The notes: generated by a model from the sequence alone, not told the origin. Counted from the stretch's first letter, positions 29,752 through 38,104 are shown. The stretch is 64,000 nt of DNA from Candidatus Hecatella orcuttiae (GCA_002011035.2 MTLY02000003.1:640001-704000); one strand, 5' to 3'. Made by a program: numbers and translations.

Positions 29752-30843
29752 TTGGCTGAGGTCTACTTTTTCGACTACGGGAAAGGAACCAGCATACTAC
29801 CCGGCCTTGAAAAGCTTTTCTACTCCTCGGGAATGGCGGAGGTGGCCGCCCCCGGAGCTAGGGTTGCCGTAAAGGTTCACATGGGAGAGCGGGGAAACCT
29901 CACCTACCTCAGGCCCCCCATCGTCCGAAAGGTTGTGGAGCTGGTGAAGGCTGTGGGAGGCGTGCCCTTCGTCGCTGATACCACGGTGCTCTACCCCCAG
30001 AAGCGCTTCACAGCCCGAGACTGCTTGGAGACCGCTGCCTACAACGGCTTCACCCCTGAAACCGTTGGCGCCCCTATTGTCATAGCCGACGGGGAAGACG
30101 GCTACCAAGGGGTCTCCGTTGAAGTTGAAAGAACAGTGGACGGATGCAGGCTGAGGGAGGTAAAGGTTGCCTCCGCCTTCCTCGAAGCCGACGCCATGAT
30201 AGTCTTATCCCATGCTAAAGGCCACCTTCTCTCCGGCTTCGGAGGAGCCTTGAAAAACCTAGCCATGGGATGCACCACGAAGCATGGGAAAGCCGCCCAG
30301 CATGCCTCCCACGGCCTAGGGTTCGACGGGTCCAAATGCGACGGTTGCGGGAAATGTGTTGAAGCCTGCGTTTATGCAGCCCTCAGGCTGGAGGGAGGCA
30401 AGGCTGTTCGAGACCTTGAAAAATGTATGCACTGCTGCAACTGCCTCTTTGTGTGTGAGAAGAACGCCTTCTACTGGCCTGAAGGTTGCAGGGATGTCTT
30501 CCAAGTGTACATAGCCCACGCTGCCTACGCGGTTGCGAAAGTCTTCAAGAAAGGCCGAATGGGCTTCCTCAACTTCGTGCAGGACGTTACTTCCCGCTGC
30601 GACTGCTGCACCACCGCGGAGAAGGCTGTCACCCAGGACGTAGGCATCCTTGCCTCCTCCGACCCTGTGGCCGTCGACAAAGCCTCCGTCGACCTGATAG
30701 ACCAAGCGCCTAAGCTGGCTCAGCTTCCCCACGACCCGCCGGACATCCTAGGAAAGATAAACGGAACCAACTCCCTCATCCAGCTGCGCACAGCTCAGAA
30801 ACTGGGACTGGGAAGCCTAAAATACGAGTTGACGACGATTTAA
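29752..30843 (+). CDS. DUF362-domain protein with 2x[4Fe-4S] ferredoxin insert
   Basis: 'KVHMGERGN', 'SHAKGH..GFGGALKNLAMG', CxxCxxCxxxC twice, 'CDC', 'DPVAVD'. Confidence 0.85.
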   Translation: MAEVYFFDYGKGTSILPGLEKLFYSSGMAEVAAPGARVAVKVHMGERGNLTYLRPPIVRKVVELVKAVGGVPFVADTTVLYPQKRFTARDCLETAAYNGFTPETVGAPIVIADGEDGYQGVSVEVERTVDGCRLREVKVASAFLEADAMIVLSHAKGHLLSGFGGALKNLAMGCTTKHGKAAQHASHGLGFDGSKCDGCGKCVEACVYAALRLEGGKAVRDLEKCMHCCNCLFVCEKNAFYWPEGCRDVFQVYIAHAAYAVAKVFKKGRMGFLNFVQDVTSRCDCCTTAEKAVTQDVGILASSDPVAVDKASVDLIDQAPKLAQLPHDPPDILGKINGTNSLIQLRTAQKLGLGSLKYELTTI

Positions 30844-30870
30844 ACAATCAAACCATACGCTGGGTGAGGG

Positions 30871-31290
30871 ATGATGAAGGTGAACAAGGCGGTTATGGAT
30901 TTTTTCAACTTCCCCTGCGCCAAGGGCCGGCCTCCGGTTTGGGTGGCAACCGTCTGCAAGGGGGCTCCGCACGTGGTCCCCGTGTGCTTTGTGAAGCCGC
31001 TAGGGGATGACAGGCTGCTGATAGCAAATGTCTTCATATCCAAAACCGTGAAAAACTTAAAGGAGAACCCTCATGTGGCTGTGGGCGCGTCCAAGAAGGA
31101 CGAAGGCTTCGACGGCTACCTCCTAAAGGGCGCCGCGGAAATAATTGAAGAAGGCCCTGTGTTCGAAGAGTTCCGCAGAAACGTGGAGGAACTGAGCGGA
31201 GGAAAGAGAAAACCCCGCTCAGCCATACTGGTCCGCATAGAAGAGGTTTACTCCCTCCAACCTAGGCTGGGGAAAAAGAAACTTCACTGA
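30871..31290 (+). CDS. Pyridoxamine 5'-phosphate oxidase-like FMN-binding protein
   Basis: 'VATVCKGAPHVVP', 'KTVKNLKENP', 'GYLLKG', 'IEEVYSL'. Confidence 0.82.
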   Translation: MMKVNKAVMDFFNFPCAKGRPPVWVATVCKGAPHVVPVCFVKPLGDDRLLIANVFISKTVKNLKENPHVAVGASKKDEGFDGYLLKGAAEIIEEGPVFEEFRRNVEELSGGKRKPRSAILVRIEEVYSLQPRLGKKKLH

Positions 31291-31327
31291 AGGCTCCCTT
31301 CGTTTCAAAAGCCACGGAAGAGGAGTT

Positions 31328-32449
31328 TTAGCTCTTCAAAAATTCCACGACGTTCTCCTTTATTTCCCTAGAACTTAGGGGAACGTTTGGCAGCTCCACG
31401 TTGCCCGGCTTGGCCACGGCGTGGATGAAGTTAGGCCCCTCGCCCAACTCCTCTAAGACCCGGTGAAGCTGGTCTTTGGTGGCTACCTTATAGGTGTTTT
31501 TTATGCCGAACCCCCGGGCGACCAGCTCCAAGTCCGCGTAGCCGTTGGCCGCCGTGGGCTGGTTGCCTGTGGAGCCGTAGACTCCATTGTCGAAAACCAG
31601 TAGGGTGAGGTTTCGGGGGGCGGTCAGCGCGGTGGTGGCTAGGGTGCTGGGGTTCATCAGTATGCTGCCGTCTCCCTCCACCACGACGACTTCCTTCTGG
31701 GTGTTGAGGGCTATGCCTAACCCTACAGCCGAAGCCATCCCCATGCTGCCCAGCATGTAGAAGTTGGATTTCTGATGCTTCAGATGGTAGAGTTCCTTGC
31801 AAGGATAGCCCAAATTGCACACGACGGCTTTTCCCTCCAGATAGGGGACAGCTGCCTCCATGAGCTGAAACCTGGTGAAATGCGGGCGGATTCTCAGGAC
31901 TTTGTGCTGTTGCTCTTCCAGTTCTTTTCTTTCCACGACGATGTTTTCCATTCCGCGCATGTTTTCACCCCAGAGTTTCGGGTTCAGCAAAAAGGCGTGG
32001 ACGGTGTTTTCCTCGAAAACCTTTCCCAGAATGTCCTCCACCGCGGACAGCTCCCTAGGGTCCGCCAGCTCGGTGCGGCCTATCTCCAAGGCGTCCAGAA
32101 GTTTAGGGAGGTATTTTCCCATGGGAATCTGAGCCGCTATCCTTTCGTCGTAGACCCCCCTCCAGCTGACGAGGATGGGTAAGGGAAGCTGGTAAAACTT
32201 TGTCAGAGAACACAGAGCGTTGATGGTGTTTCCCACCCCGGAGCTTTGAATCAGCATCCCCGCCCTAGCGCCGGCTAGGGAGGCCCCTGCGCAGATGCCG
32301 ACCCCCTCCTCCTCCCTGCTCAGGGGAACATGCCTGAAATGGCGGGGTATCTCGGCCAGAAGCCTCTGCACCCTTTCGCAGGGGAGGGAAACCATGAGGT
32401 TGACTCCTTTCCTCTTGAAAGAATCGACGATGACGCGTTCAGGCTTCAT
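31328..32449 (-). CDS. comDE: Fused sulfopyruvate decarboxylase ComDE
   Basis: Alpha part 'SLPC', 'REEEGVGICAG', 'QSSGVGN'; beta part 'FYMLGSMG', TPP motif 'GDGS...N', 'GSTGNQ'. Confidence 0.9.
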   Translation of the reverse strand: MKPERVIVDSFKRKGVNLMVSLPCERVQRLLAEIPRHFRHVPLSREEEGVGICAGASLAGARAGMLIQSSGVGNTINALCSLTKFYQLPLPILVSWRGVYDERIAAQIPMGKYLPKLLDALEIGRTELADPRELSAVEDILGKVFEENTVHAFLLNPKLWGENMRGMENIVVERKELEEQQHKVLRIRPHFTRFQLMEAAVPYLEGKAVVCNLGYPCKELYHLKHQKSNFYMLGSMGMASAVGLGIALNTQKEVVVVEGDGSILMNPSTLATTALTAPRNLTLLVFDNGVYGSTGNQPTAANGYADLELVARGFGIKNTYKVATKDQLHRVLEELGEGPNFIHAVAKPGNVELPNVPLSSREIKENVVEFLKS

Positions 32450-33681
32450 GATAGAACCTCCCTGAGTTCTTTTTCCGAGATGTCCTTGGAAACTTTTATT
32501 CCGTCCACGGGGTATATGTCCACGTCTTCTTTAACCCTTTTCTCCCCGCCTCCTGAAACATTCAGTAAAACGGTGTCCTCCGCATCCACCTTCCCCACCT
32601 CAACCGCCTTGAACAAAGACGCCACGGCGACGGCGGCTGCTGGGACAATGTCCACGCCTTCCACTTCCTCGAAGAGTTCCCCTGCCTTCCGAGCTTCAGC
32701 GTTGGTCACCGCGTACATTTCCCCCCCGGTAGCCGTCAAGGCATCGTAGAGGCCCCCCTTCACACCGTAGAGGGGAGAGCGTTTAGAGAGCACTTTAGCG
32801 TAGATCAGGTTCACCGCCTCCCCGGGAGGAAAGTCCTGGGGCAGAATTTCCCTCCGCCCAGCCTTCCAAGCCTCCACCATGGGGGCGAAGGGGCTGTTCT
32901 GAGACAGGTGCAGCCGCGGCAGCTCCCCGCCGAACCTTCCATCCTCCAGCAGCCTCAACGCTGCCTCCCAGGCGCCGATTCCCCCTGTGCCGCTGCTCAC
33001 GGCTTGAAAATAATGCTCCGGCAGCCTACCTATCTCCCCCACAGCGTCCAGCAGCACCGTTCCCAGAGCGTCCCTCCGAGCGACGTTTCTGCCTCCCCCC
33101 TCGCAGGTGAAGCCTTCCATGGACCAAAGCTTCTTAGCCAAGGCATCCGCGTCGGAGTAGTCCCCCTCCACCACCAAGGTCTTAACCACAGGGGAAACCA
33201 CCGGGCTCCAAACGTCGCCGACGCAGCTCCGCGGCACCACAGCGACCAAGGGGAAACCAGTCTGAGAGCCTATGTGCACGAACGCGCGGGCGGAATTGCC
33301 CGCGGAGGATACGACGATGTTTTTCACACCGCCCTCCAAGGCCCGCTGGATCACCACAGGAGCCTCCAACTCCTTGAAGGTGCACGTCTTAATCTCCGCT
33401 CCCAGCTCAGGGCAGTACCCGCTGAAGGAAACATACAGGTTCCGGAGGCCGAGCTCCCGGGCTAGGCCCCGGCTTTTGTAGGTCACCGGCTTCCCATGGT
33501 AGTCTGTGGTTTTCTCCACAGGAAGCCATCCGTAGAAACGCCACAAGCCTGGAAGGCTGCGGAGAATCAGCCTTTTTTCCGGATAGTTACTTCTTAGGAT
33601 TCCATCATGCTTAGGGCATGTGAGGGTGAAGCCGCTGCTGTATTCTGCACCGCATTCCGGACACCTCAGAGTATACTTCAT
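32446..33681 (-). CDS. Cysteate synthase (PLP-dependent, threonine-synthase-like)
   Basis: 'TCTFKELEA', 'SAGNSARAF', 'EGGGRNVARRD', 'YFQAVSSGTGGI', 'LSQNSPF'; overlaps the comDE start. Confidence 0.88.
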   Translation of the reverse strand: MKYTLRCPECGAEYSSGFTLTCPKHDGILRSNYPEKRLILRSLPGLWRFYGWLPVEKTTDYHGKPVTYKSRGLARELGLRNLYVSFSGYCPELGAEIKTCTFKELEAPVVIQRALEGGVKNIVVSSAGNSARAFVHIGSQTGFPLVAVVPRSCVGDVWSPVVSPVVKTLVVEGDYSDADALAKKLWSMEGFTCEGGGRNVARRDALGTVLLDAVGEIGRLPEHYFQAVSSGTGGIGAWEAALRLLEDGRFGGELPRLHLSQNSPFAPMVEAWKAGRREILPQDFPPGEAVNLIYAKVLSKRSPLYGVKGGLYDALTATGGEMYAVTNAEARKAGELFEEVEGVDIVPAAAVAVASLFKAVEVGKVDAEDTVLLNVSGGGEKRVKEDVDIYPVDGIKVSKDISEKELREVLS

Positions 33682-33773
33682 GGCTAGGCTGCCGGCTCCT
33701 CTCAAGCGGAATTGTTTCCCAAGATTTAAATCATCAGGAGAATTTAAGTCCTATTCAAGCGGAGGGCGGTGTT

Positions 33774-34706
33774 TTGAGAAGAGGACAACTGAGGATCGGC
33801 CACCTTTCCACCTTCTACCACACCTCGTTCATTCTCATGGGCACAGGGTGGATTGAAGCAGAGATGAACGTGGACGTGGACTGGGAGCTGTTCGCCGCCG
33901 GCCCCGAGATAGTTCAAGCCTTCGCCGACGGCCGCGTAGACATCGGATACATAGGACTGCCCCCCGCCGTCATCGGAATCGACCGAGGCATCCCCATCAA
34001 ATGCATTGCCGGAGGCCATGTGGAAGGCACAGTCTTGGTGGCTGATAAAAAATTCAAGTCCTTGGAGGAGCTGGGAAGCGTGAAGGCTGTCCTTCAACAG
34101 TTCGGAGGCGGGACCATCGCCTCCCCCCAGCGAGGGTCAATCCACGACGTGATCATCCGCCACCTCATCAGGGAAGAGGGCCTCGAGGAAGCAGGCATAG
34201 CTGTGAAGAATTTCGAATGGGCTGACCTCATCCCCGACGCCCTCTTGGACGGAGAAGTGCAGGCAGCTGTGGGAACCCCTGCCTTAGCGGTGGCGGTTTT
34301 CCGGGTCTGCGACGGTAAGATGGTCATCCCCCCAAGCAGGATGTGGCCCTACAACCCCAGCTACGGAATCCTCGCCAGCAAGGAGATGGTGGAAAACACC
34401 CCCAGCCTGCTGGAGGATTTCCTAAGGCTTCACGAAAAAGCCTCAAACCTGATAAGAGAGGAGCCGGAAAAAGCAGCCCGCATAGTTTCCCGCGTGGTAG
34501 GGCTGGTGGACGAGGACTTTGTGCTCCAAGTCTACAGGGTCTCCCCGAGATATTGCGCCAGTCTCCCCAGAGAATACATCGACTCCACCCTAGCTTTTCT
34601 CCCCGTGCTGAAAAAGCTGGGCTATATCTCCCGGATGCTGAGGGAGGAGGACATATTCAACCTAAGCTTCATCAGAAAGATTCACCCCCAAACCCCCCAC
34701 TACTAG
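33774..34706 (+). CDS. SsuA/NMT1-like solute-binding-fold protein (no permease or ATPase alongside)
   Basis: 'IGHLSTFYHTS', 'DIGYIGLPP', 'GGHVEGT', 'GSIHDVI'; no obvious signal peptide. Confidence 0.75.
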   Translation: MRRGQLRIGHLSTFYHTSFILMGTGWIEAEMNVDVDWELFAAGPEIVQAFADGRVDIGYIGLPPAVIGIDRGIPIKCIAGGHVEGTVLVADKKFKSLEELGSVKAVLQQFGGGTIASPQRGSIHDVIIRHLIREEGLEEAGIAVKNFEWADLIPDALLDGEVQAAVGTPALAVAVFRVCDGKMVIPPSRMWPYNPSYGILASKEMVENTPSLLEDFLRLHEKASNLIREEPEKAARIVSRVVGLVDEDFVLQVYRVSPRYCASLPREYIDSTLAFLPVLKKLGYISRMLREEDIFNLSFIRKIHPQTPHY

Positions 34707-34736
34707 CGGCATCCAACCCGCAGAGGGGTTCTTTTA

Positions 34737-34868
34737 AAGTCTTTAAGGACAACTATTCCTATGGGAATCATTAAGCAATTTAACCTTTCAGAAGGAGATA
34801 AACTTAATTGGGAAATTAGAGCTGAGGATGGGGAGCTTATAATAGTTGTAAAGCCATTAAGACGGTGA
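34737..34868 (+). pseudogene. 5'-truncated AbrB/MazE/SpoVT-family gene
   Basis: Frame reads KSLRTTIPMGIIKQFNLSEGDKLNWEIRAEDGELIIVVKPLRR*; no start codon before SLRTTIP; sits where GC content drops. Confidence 0.6.
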
Positions 34869-34973
34869 AAAAGATGGATGAGTTCGTATATACTGCCAAA
34901 ATTAAAGAATAGCATGAACTTCGTATAATAAAAAAATTTAGGGTAGTTTAAAACTAAAAAGGAGGTGATCGAG

Positions 34974-35189
34974 ATGCCGTTGATTCAAATGTATTTTGGA
35001 AAGGGCGCTCTCACAGATGAGCAGAAGGCCGACTTGTCCAGAAAAATCACCGACTTGATCGTCAAGGAGGCAAAACAACCACAACATTACACGTGGGTCA
35101 TAATCCATGAGGTCCCCGTGGAGAACTGGATGGTCGATCGTCTCACCTTACCAGAGCTTAAGGCCAAGCTCATGGCCGAAAAGGAGTAA
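34974..35189 (+). CDS. 4-oxalocrotonate tautomerase-family protein
   Basis: Catalytic Pro-1 (MPLIQ), 'LTDEQK..L...IT', 'VIIHEVPVENW'; GGAGGTGA SD upstream. Confidence 0.88.
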   Translation: MPLIQMYFGKGALTDEQKADLSRKITDLIVKEAKQPQHYTWVIIHEVPVENWMVDRLTLPELKAKLMAEKE

Positions 35190-35227
35190 CGAGTGCCCAA
35201 AAAGTAAGGTAATAGAAGGTGAGAAAA

Positions 35228-35743
35228 ATGTCTGAAGAAAAACAACCTGATGTGAAGGAATTGCAAGAAAAAGTGATGCGATATTTCTGCGATAGACCCA
35301 GCAACTTCCCTACCGGGCGACCGTATAACTGCTGTGAAAGTGTTCTCTTAACTCTGCAAGAATATCTCGGTACAGATTCTGAGCTGATTCCGAAGATCGG
35401 TACGGCGATAGGTGCAGGGGTTAGCTTGAACGGGCTTCTTTGCGGTTCTATCTCAGGTGTGGCAATAGCTATTGGCATCAAATACGGGAGAAGTACTCCA
35501 GAGGAGAACCCGGAACCGGTATGGGCAATGATGAATGAATATGTGGCTGCCTTCAAAAAGAAGTTTGGCTATGTAAATTGCAGACAACTCACCGGTCTAA
35601 ACTTAAAGACACCAGAGGGATTGAAAGAATACTTTACAAGGGTTCATGACTACGAATGCACTGAGAGATTAAAATTTGCAGTTGAGAAGGCTGTAGAGAT
35701 CCTTAAAGGCAAGAGTAAAACATCGTCAGGGAACGTCGCCTAA
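35228..35743 (+). CDS. C_GCAxxG_C_C-family putative redox protein
   Basis: 'YNCCESVL', 'LCGSISG', 'FKKKFGYVNCRQL', 'C...' in last helix. Confidence 0.85.
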   Translation: MSEEKQPDVKELQEKVMRYFCDRPSNFPTGRPYNCCESVLLTLQEYLGTDSELIPKIGTAIGAGVSLNGLLCGSISGVAIAIGIKYGRSTPEENPEPVWAMMNEYVAAFKKKFGYVNCRQLTGLNLKTPEGLKEYFTRVHDYECTERLKFAVEKAVEILKGKSKTSSGNVA

Positions 35744-35825
35744 CAGAGCGTATCCGACTTCGGTGCTTCGCGCTTTCACCTAAATCCAGCAAAGCTGGAC
35801 TTCAGATACGCTCGGAACGTTAAGT
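35738..35825 (+). mobile_element. Integron attC-like recombination site (solitary)
   Basis: R'' GCCTAAC (contains the upstream stop codon) and R' GTTAAGT; arms GAGCGTATC (35746-54) / GATACGCTC (35805-13); internal hairpin TCCAGC-AAA-GCTGGA. Confidence 0.7.
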
Positions 35826-35920
35826 GAGACATTTTGTTCTATTTCAAGATCGATTTAGAGTTACCACTACGTCTGCAACACTACAAATGCAACACCCTAA
35901 GATTCAACAGAACCCGCGGA

Positions 35921-35936
35921 GGGAAAAGTTAATTAT
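35921..35936 (+). promoter_or_regulatory. BRE/TATA of the tRNA-Lys gene
   Basis: GGGAAAAG followed by TTAATTAT, predicting a start site near 35956-35960. Confidence 0.6.
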
Positions 35937-35972
35937 TTCTCCCCTGATAGTAACCATGGGCCTGCCAGAACT

Positions 35973-36126
35973 GGGCCCGTAGGCTGCCAGCCGCAGCCGG
36001 GAGGCTCAGCTAGGATAGAGCACCGGGCTTTTACGGGCCACCCGCCCAAAGCCACCCGGAAGAAGAAAGGCCAAGCCCGCCTCTTCTGGGGAAGGGTCTC
36101 GGGTTCGATTCCCGACGGGCCCGCCA
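35973..36126 (+). tRNA. tRNA-Lys(UUU) with introns at 9/10 (35982-36003), 37/38 (36034-36053) and 43/44 (36060-36093); a possible fourth intron would move the 5' end to 35958
   Basis: Spliced 78-nt cloverleaf: GGGCCCG TA GCTC-AGCTAGGATA-GAGC A CCGGG CTTTTAA CCCGG GGGTC TCGGG TTCGATT CCCGA CGGGCCC G CCA; BHB motifs at the junctions. Confidence 0.93.
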
Positions 36127-36408
36127 TTTCACTGGTTTAACGAATTCTTAAGCATTTGTTTATCAGCTGTATGAATTGTTTCTAAGGAAATAGCAGCGTC
36201 GTTGGTTGAAGGCTTTGGGAGCTGGCTTAGGATTAAACACTGTTCTGCTTTGATTTCCAGATTCAGTCTTAATTCTCCACTTCACCCATCCTAGAAAAGA
36301 CCCCTCTTCTGTTTCTGTTGTTCCCTTGTCTGAAATGTGTTAAAGCCGGTAGGAAACATGCAAAACTATTTAATCTATAAGCTTCAATAAGATACTGAGG
36401 GTATTTTT

Positions 36409-37416
36409 ATGTCGCAAAGCCTTATTTCTGATGCTCCGGGGATGAGAGACCTTGTTGGGACCTATGCGTGGGTTACGGGGAGGCACTCTGCGGCGCTCAG
36501 GAAGCTGGCTTCTAAGATTGTGAAATACTATGTTTCCTACGTGAAGGTTGAAGACGGAAAGGTGGTCAGCATCTCCCCTGAAAACGCTCACACACCCACC
36601 GTGGAGAACATGCTCTACCGTATACATGCAGGATGGTCCAAGGATCCTGAAGAAAAGGTTGGGCGGTTTGTGGACTCCAAGATTACCCTTGCAGAGCTAC
36701 AAGAGATCAGGGAAGCGGCGGACGCAGCGTTACGCGTGATAGAGGAGAACAAGTGGCCAGCGGGAAACATGGCCCGCTGCCTCGAACCCTTCTTAGGTGT
36801 GATACGTGAACTCTTTGAGCTGATAAGAAAGAAAGACGTTACCTCGAATAAAGTCATCAAAAAGTATGAGGAGGCCGTGAGGAAGTTCCATAAGGAACTT
36901 GTCGAGACACCGTGGGACAAGCTCCCAAAAGCCGATCCCCCTACGATAAAAGAAACATTAGCAGATTTCGCCAAGATACTGGGGGAGGTGCAAAAAGGAG
37001 TAGAATTTTGGACCTTTTATTTGCCGGGTCTCCCCACAGACTTCGACAGGATCGCATCAACCTTCTATGTTTCAGTCAGGGAAATAGACGATGCCTTCCG
37101 CGGATACGAGGAGCTGGTCAGAAGTTGTAAAGAAAAGTCAGGCTTCATGAAAGGACCCCCACCTGACCTCACGCAAAGCGCAATGCAAGCCATGCGCAGA
37201 TTATGGGATCTACTATGTGGACTGGGAATCCCAACCGTTCTGTCTTCCAACTATCTAAAAAAACCTATTTTCAAGAAAGAAGCGTTGAGAGAGATCGACA
37301 AAGCCATAGAGAAAGCTTCCAAGCAAGGCTACGTAGACGGCAAAGACGCGAGTAGAGTGCTCCATTTCCTAGGATTCGGCTCCCGTATGTCCATAGTCCG
37401 CTGGATGAACAGGTAA
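36409..37416 (+). CDS. Hypothetical, probably alpha-helical, protein (335 aa)
   Basis: Long ORF with TATA-like TTTAATCTATAA and GAGGG upstream; no recognisable family. Confidence 0.7.
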   Translation: MSQSLISDAPGMRDLVGTYAWVTGRHSAALRKLASKIVKYYVSYVKVEDGKVVSISPENAHTPTVENMLYRIHAGWSKDPEEKVGRFVDSKITLAELQEIREAADAALRVIEENKWPAGNMARCLEPFLGVIRELFELIRKKDVTSNKVIKKYEEAVRKFHKELVETPWDKLPKADPPTIKETLADFAKILGEVQKGVEFWTFYLPGLPTDFDRIASTFYVSVREIDDAFRGYEELVRSCKEKSGFMKGPPPDLTQSAMQAMRRLWDLLCGLGIPTVLSSNYLKKPIFKKEALREIDKAIEKASKQGYVDGKDASRVLHFLGFGSRMSIVRWMNR

Positions 37417-37630
37417 GATAACAAGGCTGGGGAGGGTAGCTACCGCAGTCTACTTCCACCGCCACATGGGACTAGGGATCAAAGGTGACACTCGCTACCC
37501 AGTCAAACAGTTTAGGAAACCTTGAAAAGTAGGCAGAACTGGTCTGCTTGATCCTTATAACGTAGCTGAAATCTTATCGCTTAAGAAGCAATTAAGGTCA
37601 CTTTATAAGACTGCTAGCTAACATATACTC

Positions 37631-38104
37631 ATGGCCCAGAAGATCTATCCTCTGATGAGACTGAGGGACATGGCCCTCATTTCTGTCATGTTTTTGTTCT
37701 TGTTCGCTGCTCTCAACGGGTTCCTGTTGCCTCTTTTAACTCGCTTCATTCCTGAAGCGGCATTGTTTTGGCTGGCTTGGGGTTGGATAATCTTTCTGTT
37801 ATTGATACTTAGCGTCATCAGCATGATCCTTAATGGGTTGGGCATCAGGAAGAGTGAGATAGTCCTTGGCGAAGAAGGCATGCTCATCAAACACACCTTA
37901 TGGAGGACGACTAGCATTCAAAAGGTAACAGATGTGAAGATATCCAAGTCTGGGAAAGTGACGGTCGAAGGCTTGAGTGCTGATGGAAAGAGAATCCGTA
38001 GAACGTTCTCAAGGACGTTTGGCTTAGCAAAGAAATGGGAGGATTTCAAGAAGGAATTGCAAAATTTCGTCACCCCCTCCAAGGAGCAACAAAGCCAAGG
38101 ATAA
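37631..38104 (+). CDS. Two-TM membrane protein with C-terminal beta-rich (PH-like) domain; paralogue of 39357-39815
   Basis: Two hydrophobic segments, then 'EEGMLI..VKIS..DGKRIR..WEDFKKEL'. Confidence 0.75.
   Translation: MAQKIYPLMRLRDMALISVMFLFLFAALNGFLLPLLTRFIPEAALFWLAWGWIIFLLLILSVISMILNGLGIRKSEIVLGEEGMLIKHTLWRTTSIQKVTDVKISKSGKVTVEGLSADGKRIRRTFSRTFGLAKKWEDFKKELQNFVTPSKEQQSQG

Noticed and set aside
34917-34929. AACTTCGTATAAT matches part of loxP
   Set aside because: No second inverted arm; treated as coincidence or a decayed att half-site.
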